Below are positions 1 to 9,420 of a stretch of 64,000 nt of DNA, piece by piece. A model generated the notes under the pieces. That model was given only the letters and a program-made list of their open reading frames with translations. It did no database searches and had not been told where the DNA came from. The DNA comes from Candidatus Cloacimonadales bacterium (lineage in GTDB: Bacteria > Cloacimonadota > Cloacimonadia > Cloacimonadales > JAFGVF01), in contig OY759729.1 of NCBI GenBank assembly GCA_963662585.1, positions 704,001 to 768,000 of the forward strand, in the 5' to 3' direction. The position numbers and the translations under genes are program-made. Within the stretch, counting starts at the first letter, position 1, and every line of letters begins with the position of its first letter.

Positions 1-122
1 ATAGCCTTTTGGGTATAAACATCATCGCCATAAGAGTGAGTATAACCAACATTTGCTTGATTTATTGCTTCCAAAATCCTCGGATGTACTCCTGAGTGAT
101 TATCACTTCCTAAACTTATCAT
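1..122 (-). CDS. ltaE: Low-specificity L-threonine aldolase, 5' part (runs off window start)
   Basis: Hand translation from ATG at 122: MISLGSDNHSGVHPRILEAINQANVGYTHSYGDDVYTQKA. The SDN and YGDD motifs match the beta-eliminating lyase/LtaE family. Not in the ORF track. Confidence 0.85.
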   Translation of the reverse strand, partial: MISLGSDNHSGVHPRILEAINQANVGYTHSYGDDVYTQKA

Positions 123-376
123 TATTCCTTTCCTCTATATATTTTATTTAATATTTATGTTAATACCAAGACTAATATTTTAGCCACAAATGAAGACCAA
201 TAAACACCAATGTAAGAAAGATTCAACACAAAAACACTATAGCCCACTAAAACACAAAGAAGAAAAGATTCTGTATTAATATTAAAATCAGTGAAAATCC
301 GTGTAAATGGTCTTTTCTTAATTGATTCACTCCCTGTGCTCCCCCTCATGGAAGGGGATTAGTAAGGTATCAATTC

Positions 377-1483
377 TCAATTTTTTGTCAGAATTCTCCA
401 CATAACATCCACTCCAACATCAATTGCTTCTTGCTTAGGTAAGAATTTATCAGAGTGAAGATTATTCTCCATATCTCCTGAGCCTAGCCAGAAGAGTAAT
501 CCTTTATAAAAAGTAGTAAAGTAACCAAAATCTTCCCCTGTCATAGTATAATTACACTCTTCAAAGTTATAATCAGATTCACTAATAACAGCTTTGAACT
601 TGCTAAACAGGTCTGGGTTATTCACCACAGGATCAAAAGTACCCAGGGGAGTTACCTCAACTTCTAAATCATGAGCTAGAGCTATATTATTGGCTACTCT
701 CTTCATAATTTCATTTATCTTATCACGATTTTGTGTAGTCAGAGTTCTGTGAGTCCCTTGAAAGAGACATCTATCAGCAATGGAGTTGCGTACCACACCA
801 GCCTCAGCTTTTCCGATTTGAAAAACAATTGGTTCAACAGGATTAATGCTTTGAGGAAGCAATTGCTTCATCGTAGAATAGAATTGCACTCCTGCAAGTA
901 AGGCATCTTTCCCGAATTGAGGAGTTGCTATATGACTTGAGACCCCCTTAAATTCAACATCAAACTCTTGAGGAATACCAAAAATTATCCCTGCTTTACA
1001 AGCGACACTTCCCACTGGCATCTGTCCAGCAACATGAAGAGCGTAGCATTCTGCTATTTTATAATCATCCAGAACTTTAGATTCAATAATCTTCAAGGCA
1101 CCACCATGACCTTCTTCTCCTGGTTGGAAAACAAAGATGATATTCTTCTTGATTTTTGCTTCTAAAACCCTATCAATCAGGCCAATCAAGACAGTCATGT
1201 GAATATCATGACCACAGGCATGCATGTTTTTATCATGAGTAGAAGTAAAGTCACAGCCACTCTTTTCTGTTATTGGTAAAGCATCCATATCAGCTCTAAA
1301 CAAGATATAATCTTCTTCCCCACCTTGATTATAAAACATTACTAAAGCATTAATATCAAGTTCTTTGATAATTAAATTCTCACAATTTTTAAATAAACTT
1401 AGTATATACTCTTTAGTTTTAAAAACATCAAAGCCTATCTCTGGGATTCTATGTAAACTTTCTCTTACTTCTGTTAAATTCAT
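377..1483 (-). CDS. M20 family amidohydrolase (N-acetyl-diaminopimelate deacetylase-like)
   Basis: Motifs LHRIPE, RADMDALP, MHACGHD, FQPGEEG, GEDFG, LHS; lies directly after asd. Confidence 0.88.
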   Translation of the reverse strand: MNLTEVRESLHRIPEIGFDVFKTKEYILSLFKNCENLIIKELDINALVMFYNQGGEEDYILFRADMDALPITEKSGCDFTSTHDKNMHACGHDIHMTVLIGLIDRVLEAKIKKNIIFVFQPGEEGHGGALKIIESKVLDDYKIAECYALHVAGQMPVGSVACKAGIIFGIPQEFDVEFKGVSSHIATPQFGKDALLAGVQFYSTMKQLLPQSINPVEPIVFQIGKAEAGVVRNSIADRCLFQGTHRTLTTQNRDKINEIMKRVANNIALAHDLEVEVTPLGTFDPVVNNPDLFSKFKAVISESDYNFEECNYTMTGEDFGYFTTFYKGLLFWLGSGDMENNLHSDKFLPKQEAIDVGVDVMWRILTKN

Positions 1484-1488
1484 CTATA

Positions 1489-2448
1489 TTACCTGTTAAT
1501 TAAATATTTTAAAATTCTAACTGCATTTGTGGCAGCTCCGACTCGGATATTATTAGCTACATTCCAAAATGTTAAGGAGTGATTATCTACCCCTTCCCTT
1601 AATCTGCAAACAAAACTATCATCTGAATCGCCTAATTCTAAAGGAGTAATGAAATCAGCTTCTAAATACTTCACACTGGGAGCATCTAATAATAAGTGCT
1701 TTACTTCGTCAATATGATAACTTCTTTCTAATTCTATGTAGATACTTTCAGAATGTCCATAAATCACTGGTACTCTCACAGTTGTTGCCGAAATCTTGAT
1801 ATCTTTATCAGAGAATATTTTCTGAGTTTCAAATCTCATCTTCTCCTCCTCTTCACTATAGCCTGAAGGAAGAATAGCTCCTATCAAAGGAATAACATTA
1901 TGCTCTATTTGGCGAGGATATAGAGAATTTTCATTATTTCGTAAAAGTGCATTTATTCCCTTATTTCCACTTCCTGAAACAGATTGATAAGTAGAAACTA
2001 CTATTTTCTTAATTTTATTAACCCTATGAATCGCATAGAGAGGAAGTAGCATCTGAATAGTTGAACAATTTGGATTGGCAATAATTCCTTTATAATTAGC
2101 TAAGATAGAACCATTTATTTCAGGAATTACTAAAGGAACTTGAGGATCTTGTCTAAAAGCAGAAGAGTTATCAATAATTGTATTTCCTGCTCTTTCAGCT
2201 ATTGGAGAAAAGTGCTTCGATACTGTGCCACCAGCAGAAAAAAGTAAATAATCAAAGGCTTGAGTCATCTTATCCTCAGTCAACTCCTGAATTTCTATCT
2301 TCTTCCCTCCAAAATCTACTAGTTTCCCAGCAGACTTATTTGAGGCAAATAAATGTAATTCATCAATTTCTATCTTTTGCTCTTGTAAGCAAGTAAGCAT
2401 CATTCGGCCTACTTCTCCACTTGCTCCAACTACTCCAATCTTCATCAT
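1489..2448 (-). CDS. asd: Aspartate-semialdehyde dehydrogenase
   Basis: GASGEVG NADP loop, DNSSAFR, ANPNCST (catalytic Cys), STYQSVSGSG, RVPV.GHSE, NIRVGAA. Confidence 0.97.
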   Translation of the reverse strand: MMKIGVVGASGEVGRMMLTCLQEQKIEIDELHLFASNKSAGKLVDFGGKKIEIQELTEDKMTQAFDYLLFSAGGTVSKHFSPIAERAGNTIIDNSSAFRQDPQVPLVIPEINGSILANYKGIIANPNCSTIQMLLPLYAIHRVNKIKKIVVSTYQSVSGSGNKGINALLRNNENSLYPRQIEHNVIPLIGAILPSGYSEEEEKMRFETQKIFSDKDIKISATTVRVPVIYGHSESIYIELERSYHIDEVKHLLLDAPSVKYLEADFITPLELGDSDDSFVCRLREGVDNHSLTFWNVANNIRVGAATNAVRILKYLINR

Positions 2449-2476
2449 TTCCTCACTTTCTATATTTCATTTCTTC

Positions 2477-3135
2477 ATCCCCCTCCGCAAGGGGGACACA
2501 GGGGGCCTTTCCTATGGAATGGAAGCGTCCCGGCTTCCATTTATTTAATATCCCCCTCCGCAAGGGGGACACAGGGAGTGCTTCCATTAACTTGGGTTAC
2601 GGACCTTTAGTCCGTGAATGTCAAACTCCCCTCTTTAGTGCTATAAGCACAATAAAAGAGTGGCTAAGTATTCCCTAGACAGGGTGTTTCTCTTAATCAG
2701 TGTTAATCTGTCCATTCCTAATTAATTTGACCGATTTTTTAGCAATTATTATTTTCTCAATTAAACCCTTACAGGGTTACACTAATATTGGTTTGCCATA
2801 CCCAGGGTCAATTTTTCTTCAAAAAATGAGACCCTGGGCTAATCTATTTAATCCCTTGGTGATATTTTCTTAATTCGTGAAATTAGTGACTATATTCATC
2901 TTTGTCCAGTCCTAAATAATTTTACCGCTTTATAACAATTTTCTTATTGTTTCCTGCTTCTCCGCTAAGGCTTTGAACCACTCTTGTGGGGTATAATTTT
3001 AAGGTGGTTACTCCCCTTGCTGACGAATACCATCCTATTGGGATTTAAGAAATATCATTGTTTGCCAATGATAGCTGGCAGGGATGCCCACATTCCTAGT
3101 TAAAATTCTCAATTCATAATTCTAAATTCTCAATT
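2477..3135. repeat. Intergenic mosaic of REP-like palindromic modules
   Basis: Two TCCCCCTCCGCAAGGGGG hairpins, GGAAGCGTCCCGGCTTCC, GTTACGGACCTTTAGTCCGTGAA, a CCCAGGGTC...GACCCTGGG module and AATTCTC heptamers; all recur elsewhere in the window. Confidence 0.85.
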
Positions 3136-3923
3136 TAAACAATATTTATCTTCCCAAGTCCATTAACACTTTTACTCACATTGGCTGGTTTGCCCCAAAT
3201 AGTAGCCTTTCCAGTTCCATTTATTGAAGCATCCAAACTCTCTTCCACATATAATTCAGCTTTCCCACTTCCGGATATTTTAATTCTGGCTTTTCTACTC
3301 TTAACTTCCTTAAAGCTTATAGACCCCATGCCACTTATTACAATATCCAAATCATCAATTTTCCCATTTCCCATGATTTTAGCTGTTCCAGATATATTAA
3401 TTTTCAAACTTTCTTCTTTGATTTTTACAAGATTGACTTTGGCATTGCCTGCAAGACTAAGTTTGCTGAGTTGATTAGTTTTGATTTTCACGAAGATATG
3501 CTTGCTAGGTGAAAGAATGTTTTTAGTGTTTATATGCAGAATTCCATCTTGAACATAACTTAAGATATAGCCCAAAATATTGTCATCAGTCTCAATTGTT
3601 ACTTCTTGTTCTTCAGCTTGTTGAATTTCAACTTCACAAGGCAATCCTAAAGAAATCCCTGTAAAAGGCTTCACATCTCTGATTTCTGTAAGGACCTCTC
3701 CACTTCCCCGAATTCCTTTCATCCATCTTCCTGCACCAAAAGATAATAGTATGGGAAGAATTAAGGTTACAAAAATAAGAATGATTCCTACTAATATTGC
3801 AATAGGCACAAAGATTAACCCCACTAATCCCAATACCGATACAACTATGACTAAGGCAAAGATACCTATCAATATTTTTAAGAACGGATTCTCTATTCTC
3901 TGGTTATTAAACTGAAATTTCAT
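3135..3923 (-). CDS. DUF2807 / head GIN domain (putative auto-transporter adhesin-like) membrane-anchored protein
   Basis: N-terminal hydrophobic helices, then GIRGSG.V.TE.R and repeated ISGxGx beta-helix motifs. Confidence 0.85.
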   Translation of the reverse strand: MKFQFNNQRIENPFLKILIGIFALVIVVSVLGLVGLIFVPIAILVGIILIFVTLILPILLSFGAGRWMKGIRGSGEVLTEIRDVKPFTGISLGLPCEVEIQQAEEQEVTIETDDNILGYILSYVQDGILHINTKNILSPSKHIFVKIKTNQLSKLSLAGNAKVNLVKIKEESLKINISGTAKIMGNGKIDDLDIVISGMGSISFKEVKSRKARIKISGSGKAELYVEESLDASINGTGKATIWGKPANVSKSVNGLGKINIV

Positions 3924-4053
3924 ATTGCCACCTCAGACTTTTTTTTATTATATTATAAGCAGCAAATTGAGTCAACTAATATTTTAAGGAATTTGTGAAA
4001 AATTGCTTTAGCAAGAGATTAGATATCTTTAGCTTTACTTGAAGCCCTCTCTT

Positions 4054-4701
4054 TTATCTTTTTCTACATTGACTGATTAAATTTTGAAATATCAATTGTG
4101 AATCACTCTTTTTCTTTTCTTTTGCTGGAAAATTAACATCAAATAATTCAGCTTGGTGCGGATCAAAATTAAACACTTCATCTTCAATAAAGCTACCACT
4201 CACATTCGCAAGTGAATCTGGAATAAGTTCTAAAACTTGCAAGGCTGGATTATAATAACCATCTCTACTATAAATATCATAATTTTCACCAGGAACAAAG
4301 CCAAACCGCTGATAATAATTAGGATTACCATAAATAACCACAATACGATAGCCCAGTTGACAAGCTAGCTTCAAGGAGTGATTAATAAGGATACTCCCAT
4401 ATCCAAATTTCTGATACTTTGGGAGAATGCTGACAGGACCGAAAGTAATAACATCATAGGCACGCCCATGTTCACCAAGCACTTTAGCTTGAGTATACAT
4501 AATATTCCCAATAATTTCATTATTAATTAACATAACTAAATCTAAATCTTTGATGAATGCCTTGGATTTGCGTAATATATGAACTAAATAATGCTCATCA
4601 CAAGCAGGAACATTTACATTCCAAAAGGCTTCTCTGGTAAGATTCTCTACTATTCTATAATCACTGCTTTCTTCTAATTTTATGATATATTTCTCACTCA
4701 T
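4054..4701 (-). CDS. GNAT family N-acetyltransferase (YhbS-like)
   Basis: REAFWN...EHYLVH, GPVSILPKYQKFGYGS (acetyl-CoA motif A), GNPNYYQRFGF. Confidence 0.92.
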   Translation of the reverse strand: MSEKYIIKLEESSDYRIVENLTREAFWNVNVPACDEHYLVHILRKSKAFIKDLDLVMLINNEIIGNIMYTQAKVLGEHGRAYDVITFGPVSILPKYQKFGYGSILINHSLKLACQLGYRIVVIYGNPNYYQRFGFVPGENYDIYSRDGYYNPALQVLELIPDSLANVSGSFIEDEVFNFDPHQAELFDVNFPAKEKKKSDSQLIFQNLISQCRKR

Positions 4702-4929
4702 AAATTCTCCTTAAAAACTCATCTTATATTAATAAAAATCTTATAAATTCTGTCAATAAAAAAGTCATTTATAATATATCATTTGTATTAGAATTTTCAA
4801 GCTTCTATAATACTATAGGGTCAAGTTTTGGTGTCGAGGTCTATTTTTAGGAAGAATGTTAGAAAAATGTTTAAATAAAGGAAGAATTTTACGCTAATTA
4901 TTACGAATTTAAGAGAAATTTACACAAAT

Positions 4930-5056
4930 GTAGGGGCGTATTGCCATACGCCTTCTTCAAGAAAAGAATTTAGCCATGTACTTGCACATCAAGCTACGCC
5001 AACCCAGGCGAATTAAAACGAATTTATGCGAATGTAGGGCGAAACATCTTTCGCCC
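4930..5056 (+). repeat. Two GTAG-tagged REP-like palindromes
   Basis: GTAG-GGGCGTATTGCCATACGCC at 4930 (also 49153, 49615, 50077 and inverted at 56952-56975); GTAG-GGCGAAACATCTTTCGCCC at 5034. Confidence 0.8.
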
Positions 5057-5107
5057 TCTTAAGAATAAAGACCTCTTCTGACGGACGGTTTTAATTAATT
5101 TCTTCAC

Positions 5108-5722
5108 CTACCTCTCCCAAGCTCTCCAACTATCTGCCCCCAAAACCCTCTTAGCTTCATCTCTCAGCATCCACAAAAAATTATAAGGATTCTCAAAATT
5201 ACCACTCAAGCACCCCGAAGTAAACTGATGGCAGTTATCCAAGATAAGATTATACTCTCTAGTACTTCCAATCATCTCAATTGCTCTGTTTGCAACCTCT
5301 TCAGATCCAACAGCACAGCCATCTATACATGAAACTTCAATGAACTCCGATTTGTTGCGTCCATTTAAGCGAGCAACAAATTCTTGAGGAGAAACAGCTT
5401 CTATATTACCTGTACCTGATAAGTGAACAATTGTATTATCTCCAATATAAATCCCTGAATGCTCCACCACATCCATAAGGTCGCAATATACTACGCTACC
5501 TGGAATTGGAGTTACTTTATCTTGGATACCTCTGACAATATTTTTAATTTGTTTTTGTGTTTTGAATATATCGATTATATCTACAGGATTAGGATTCTTT
5601 ATAACTCCTGATTTTTCATTTTTAAGTAACTTAGTTAGTGGATTAGTATCTCTTAATACTCTATTATTACTGCCAGCATTCCCATCAATTACATCTACCA
5701 AATTAGAAAATAAATTTCTCAT
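5108..5722 (-). CDS. LRAT (lecithin:retinol acyltransferase)-like, permuted NlpC/P60 protein
   Basis: H-box VEHSGIYIGDNTIVHL and NC motif YNLILDNCHQFT; His-His-Cys triad intact. Confidence 0.9.
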   Translation of the reverse strand: MRNLFSNLVDVIDGNAGSNNRVLRDTNPLTKLLKNEKSGVIKNPNPVDIIDIFKTQKQIKNIVRGIQDKVTPIPGSVVYCDLMDVVEHSGIYIGDNTIVHLSGTGNIEAVSPQEFVARLNGRNKSEFIEVSCIDGCAVGSEEVANRAIEMIGSTREYNLILDNCHQFTSGCLSGNFENPYNFLWMLRDEAKRVLGADSWRAWER

Positions 5723-6726
5723 AATTTCCCCTTGTTTTGCTGATTATCTGAATATTTTGCTAACATAACCTTTAACTTCTCTCCCATCTTCTCTCTCAAC
5801 ATCTCTGGTTCCAAAAGCTCTACATTCTCTTTGAAAGAGAGTACAAAGCTTAAGGTCTCATCTATAGATTTAGTTTGAAAATCAAGCACTATATCCCCAT
5901 TCTCAAGCTCTTTTATCTCCTGTCCTTGATGCCAAATTCTTTCAGAGACATATTGAGCTACGCTTTTATCGAATTTAAGTTTAACTGAAAAAGTTTCACC
6001 TTGAGAGAGTCCAAAAGCATCATCAAAGAACTCTTCAGGGTCAAACTTAACGGGATCTTGTGAAGACGACAGTATTTCCAACTCTTGAATTCTATTTAGA
6101 GCGAAGATTAGCACTTGCTTCTTACTTCTAAGGTAGCCGGCGAGATAGATATTATTGTTATGAAATTTCAAACTTAGAGGTGAAATTTCATGTTCTTTAA
6201 GGCTATTTGAATAGACACTTTTATAGCTAATTTTAATCTTTTGATAATTATAAATGGCCTTAATGATATTGATTAGCACTTCACTGTAGCTCTCCGACAG
6301 ATTCATAGTATTTGCTGAATTAGGAATAATAGAGTTTGAAAGCTTCTTGATAAAATCTCTAAAATTCCCATCAGCTTGAGAGAATATTTTTCTGAAGCTA
6401 TTCTTAGCTAAACCATCTAGATATCCACCCCAGGGAGAGACCATTTTGAAGATTAGGTACATGGTATAGTTTTCGAATTCGGACAGTTTTATCTCTGGAA
6501 TAGTATAGTTTTGAACTATTTTATAAACTACTTGATTATCTCTACTAGGGTCTATTTCATCATAAATTGGGAATCCCACAGAAGAGAGATTAATTATATC
6601 CCGCTCAACTGTCTTTTTGGAGACCCCATAAATATCAGCTAAATCACGCTTACTTATCCCTCTAATTCTATTATTATAGATAACATGCAACATTTGCCAT
6701 TGACGATAGAGTGATTCATTTCTCAT
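5719..6726 (-). CDS. WYL-domain transcriptional regulator (HTH-WYL-WCX, PafB/DriD-like)
   Basis: N-terminal wHTH (LADIYGVSKKTVERDI), WYL core (ISPLSL...IYLAGY...IFALNRI), C-terminal WCX (WHQGQ...VLSFKENVELLEP.LRE). Confidence 0.95.
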   Translation of the reverse strand: MRNESLYRQWQMLHVIYNNRIRGISKRDLADIYGVSKKTVERDIINLSSVGFPIYDEIDPSRDNQVVYKIVQNYTIPEIKLSEFENYTMYLIFKMVSPWGGYLDGLAKNSFRKIFSQADGNFRDFIKKLSNSIIPNSANTMNLSESYSEVLINIIKAIYNYQKIKISYKSVYSNSLKEHEISPLSLKFHNNNIYLAGYLRSKKQVLIFALNRIQELEILSSSQDPVKFDPEEFFDDAFGLSQGETFSVKLKFDKSVAQYVSERIWHQGQEIKELENGDIVLDFQTKSIDETLSFVLSFKENVELLEPEMLREKMGEKLKVMLAKYSDNQQNKGKL

Positions 6727-6904
6727 CTAAATTTCCTTGCCTACTTAGATATTTCTTCTTATTTGGATGGAGAAAATCAGAAAGTTCATATTGCCTCAAC
6801 TCTAATACAGTTCTTTGTAAAGCATTAACCATATTTTCGTTAAATCCTTCTAGAACAGAGCTGATAATATCGAATCTTGATGCTAGATATTTTACTGGCA
6901 ACAT
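6716..6904 (-). CDS. Small hypothetical protein (62 aa) overlapping the WYL gene start
   Basis: ATG at 6904 preceded by AAAGGTGG; stop overlaps the WYL start region by 11 nt. Confidence 0.5.
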   Translation of the reverse strand: MLPVKYLASRFDIISSVLEGFNENMVNALQRTVLELRQYELSDFLHPNKKKYLSRQGNLDEK

Positions 6905-7041
6905 ATTAATAACCACCTTTTTTTATCATATAATATTACTATCAAAACCTATAATAATCGAAATTTGCGTCACTTTATTTTTTTGTCAATTAAAATATTT
7001 ATATTGGTTAAAATATTTTTCATTGATAACACGCCCATTAT

Positions 7042-7073
7042 TAGCCTTTAGTAAAATAATCTACTAAAGGCTA
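7042..7073 (-). terminator. Hairpin after the 7103..7672 gene
   Basis: TAGCCTTTAGTA...TACTAAAGGCTA 12-bp stem about 30 nt after the stop. Confidence 0.55.
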
Positions 7074-7102
7074 TCATTGATAATTGGGTCATAATTGTGA
7101 AA

Positions 7103-7672
7103 TTAATTTTCATAAGTTAAACTTTCTAATTTATCAACTAATTCAAGAAACACTTCTTTATTAAATTTAACTTGGTAATATTTGTTCTCTCTCGTCTTCA
7201 CATCAAGTTCTTCTAACTTCCTATCAATCTCTTGAATTTTTCTCTCGAGTGGTTCTTCTAATCTCTTTCTACGCCTCTCAGGACTCTCAGAAAAGAATTT
7301 ATCTAACTCAGAGGAAAGATCATAATCTAATTCATATCCACCACAATCATGATGAAGAATTTCTTCTTGGACCTCGAACCAGTTTAGATTAAGATCCCAA
7401 AACATCTGTTGATACTCCTCACCTTTGGCTTCATCATAGAATTCATAAATACCATAAAAAAAACTCTTTTTATCTAAGTTTAAACTCTCAACAAATTCTT
7501 TATTGCCTTTAAATAACTCAATTAATTTCACCCTAAATGTTTCACTAAAGGTTTTGTTTATCCTTTCTGCTTCCAAATCAGCATTCTCTTCGGAAGTAAA
7601 TTTTTCAGCAGTACCAATTTTCAATCCTTCAGCTAAAAGTTCCATCTCTTTTTTTACATCTGTACAAGTCAT
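7103..7672 (-). CDS. Hypothetical acidic protein with C-terminal coiled coil
   Basis: 189-aa ORF with strong AAGGAG RBS; no family recognised. Confidence 0.75.
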   Translation of the reverse strand: MTCTDVKKEMELLAEGLKIGTAEKFTSEENADLEAERINKTFSETFRVKLIELFKGNKEFVESLNLDKKSFFYGIYEFYDEAKGEEYQQMFWDLNLNWFEVQEEILHHDCGGYELDYDLSSELDKFFSESPERRRKRLEEPLERKIQEIDRKLEELDVKTRENKYYQVKFNKEVFLELVDKLESLTYEN

Positions 7673-7740
7673 GATTTTCTCCTTTTTTCTTTTCTTTTAA
7701 GATTCATTTTTTACTACTAAGTAATATATAACTCATGCCC

Positions 7741-7757
7741 TGGACAGATTAGGTCCA
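7741..7757. promoter_or_regulatory. Candidate WYL-regulator operator TGGAC-N7-GTCCA
   Basis: Perfect inverted repeat at the -35 position of a minus-strand TATATT -10 (7723-7728) for the 7672 gene; geometry resembles GAC-N7-GTC sites of WYL activators. Confidence 0.55.
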
Positions 7758-7984
7758 CCCCCTAAAAAAAGTTTTCCCTACCCCTAAAAAAGCTTCTTGA
7801 TGCTTCTTTGTTAACTACTCTTTCCCTTCTCTTCCTCTCTCAACACAAAGATTATTCGAAGTTTATTTGAGATGACAGTGAAGGAGCAAGGGGAAAGCAT
7901 AGGGTATTTATAGGAAAATGCTGAAGAAATCGTGCTTACATAAAGATACTAATTTTGTTAGTCATGAATAACATTATTTAGCGA

Positions 7985-8008
7985 CCTTATAGAATATATT
8001 CTATAAGG
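7985..8008. promoter_or_regulatory. Perfect 24-bp palindrome in divergent intergenic region
   Basis: CCTTATAGAATATATTCTATAAGG. Confidence 0.45.
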
Positions 8009-8238
8009 CAGAAGTTTTTTAAGAAAAAAATAAGAAACTGGACCATTTTAGGAAAAAGTGGGCCCTATATTATAGTAGAAGGTTAGAATTTAGAATTGAT
8101 AAATGCCTATATCCCTGAAGGGAATTTTTTCCTCACTAATAAATGGGAATAAAGGCCAATAATAGATTTATAGACAAAGATATTGACAAATTTCCTCATC
8201 ACTATAAAAAATTTAAAAAAAGTAAAAAAGAGATAATT

Positions 8239-9420
8239 ATGAATATTTTAATGATATTAGAGACAGCCTTTCCTCCTGATTTGAGGGTTGAGAATGAGAT
8301 AGATGCCTTAACTGCAGTCGGCCACAAAATAACAATTCTTGCAGGCTTTAGGAAAAAAGTTGAAAAAATTGGTTTTTATGGTAAGGCGAGAATTATCAGA
8401 ATATTCATTCCAAAATTCATCTATAAAAGTTCTATTGGCTGTCTAAATTATCCCTTTTACTTTAATTTTTGGAAGAAAGAGATTAGAAGAGAATTAACTG
8501 AAAACAATTATGGAGCAGTGCATATTCATGATCTTCCCCTCAGTCAAGTGTTAATAGATTTACGCAATGAATTACCAAAAAACTTTAAAATCACTTTAGA
8601 TTTGCATGAGAATTACCCTGATTTACTGAAAATTGCTAAACACACTAAAAGTTTACTCGGCAGGTTTTTCTTTGATTATCAACAGTGGTTAACTTATGAG
8701 AATAAGATGGTTAAGCAGGTTGATACAATTATTACTGTGGTGGAAGAGATGAAAGAGAGAATTGAAGCCCTGGGAGTAGATTCTGCTAAGATAGTAGTTG
8801 TCTCCAATACCTTTAATAGTTCTAAGTTCACAGCTCCAATTAGAGATAAAAAAGAGGATGAATTTATCTTATTTTATGGTGGTGGAGTTACCATTGATAG
8901 GGGATTACAGTTCGTTATACCTGCCTTACCTCATTTGGTTAAATTGATACCAAATATAAAGTTATGGATTGTGGGTGATGGATCTTATCTTACTGAATTA
9001 AAAAAGCAGGTTCAAGAATTACAAGTTGAACATTTAGTTAAATTCAAAGGACACCAGCCTTTTGTTGAGTTATTGAGATTTTTATCCCAGGCAAGTGTTG
9101 CTTTGATTCCGCATGTAAAATCACCGCAAACAGAATCAGGTTTACCTCACAAGCTATTTCAATATATGATAACTGAAATCCCGATTGTAGCTTCTAATTG
9201 TTTGCCTTTTATTAGAATTTTACAGGAGAATGAAGCAGGCTTGATCTATGAATACGACCAAGCCGAGGATTTTACAAAAGTAATTATTGAATTATATAGT
9301 GACCCTAGTTTGCAAGAGAAATTAGTAAGTCATGCCAAAAAGGTACTCATGGAAAAATACCTATGGGAATATGATGCTAAAAGATTAGTTAAGATCTATC
9401 AGGCTGATACTTCCCTTTAA
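8239..9420 (+). CDS. Glycosyltransferase family 4 (GT-B)
   Basis: FPPDLRVENE, HIHDLP, LDLHE, PHKLFQYM.TEIPIVAS; probable start ATG 8239 (MNILMI) rather than 8143. Confidence 0.92.
   Translation: MNILMILETAFPPDLRVENEIDALTAVGHKITILAGFRKKVEKIGFYGKARIIRIFIPKFIYKSSIGCLNYPFYFNFWKKEIRRELTENNYGAVHIHDLPLSQVLIDLRNELPKNFKITLDLHENYPDLLKIAKHTKSLLGRFFFDYQQWLTYENKMVKQVDTIITVVEEMKERIEALGVDSAKIVVVSNTFNSSKFTAPIRDKKEDEFILFYGGGVTIDRGLQFVIPALPHLVKLIPNIKLWIVGDGSYLTELKKQVQELQVEHLVKFKGHQPFVELLRFLSQASVALIPHVKSPQTESGLPHKLFQYMITEIPIVASNCLPFIRILQENEAGLIYEYDQAEDFTKVIIELYSDPSLQEKLVSHAKKVLMEKYLWEYDAKRLVKIYQADTSL

Noticed and set aside
155..349. 64-aa ORF between ltaE and the amidohydrolase
   Set aside because: Begins inside a REP-like hairpin, has no RBS and no recognisable family
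2935..3000. Possible gene remnant on the minus strand (NYTPQEWFKALAEKQETIRKLL)
   Set aside because: Too short to assign, with no start or recognisable family
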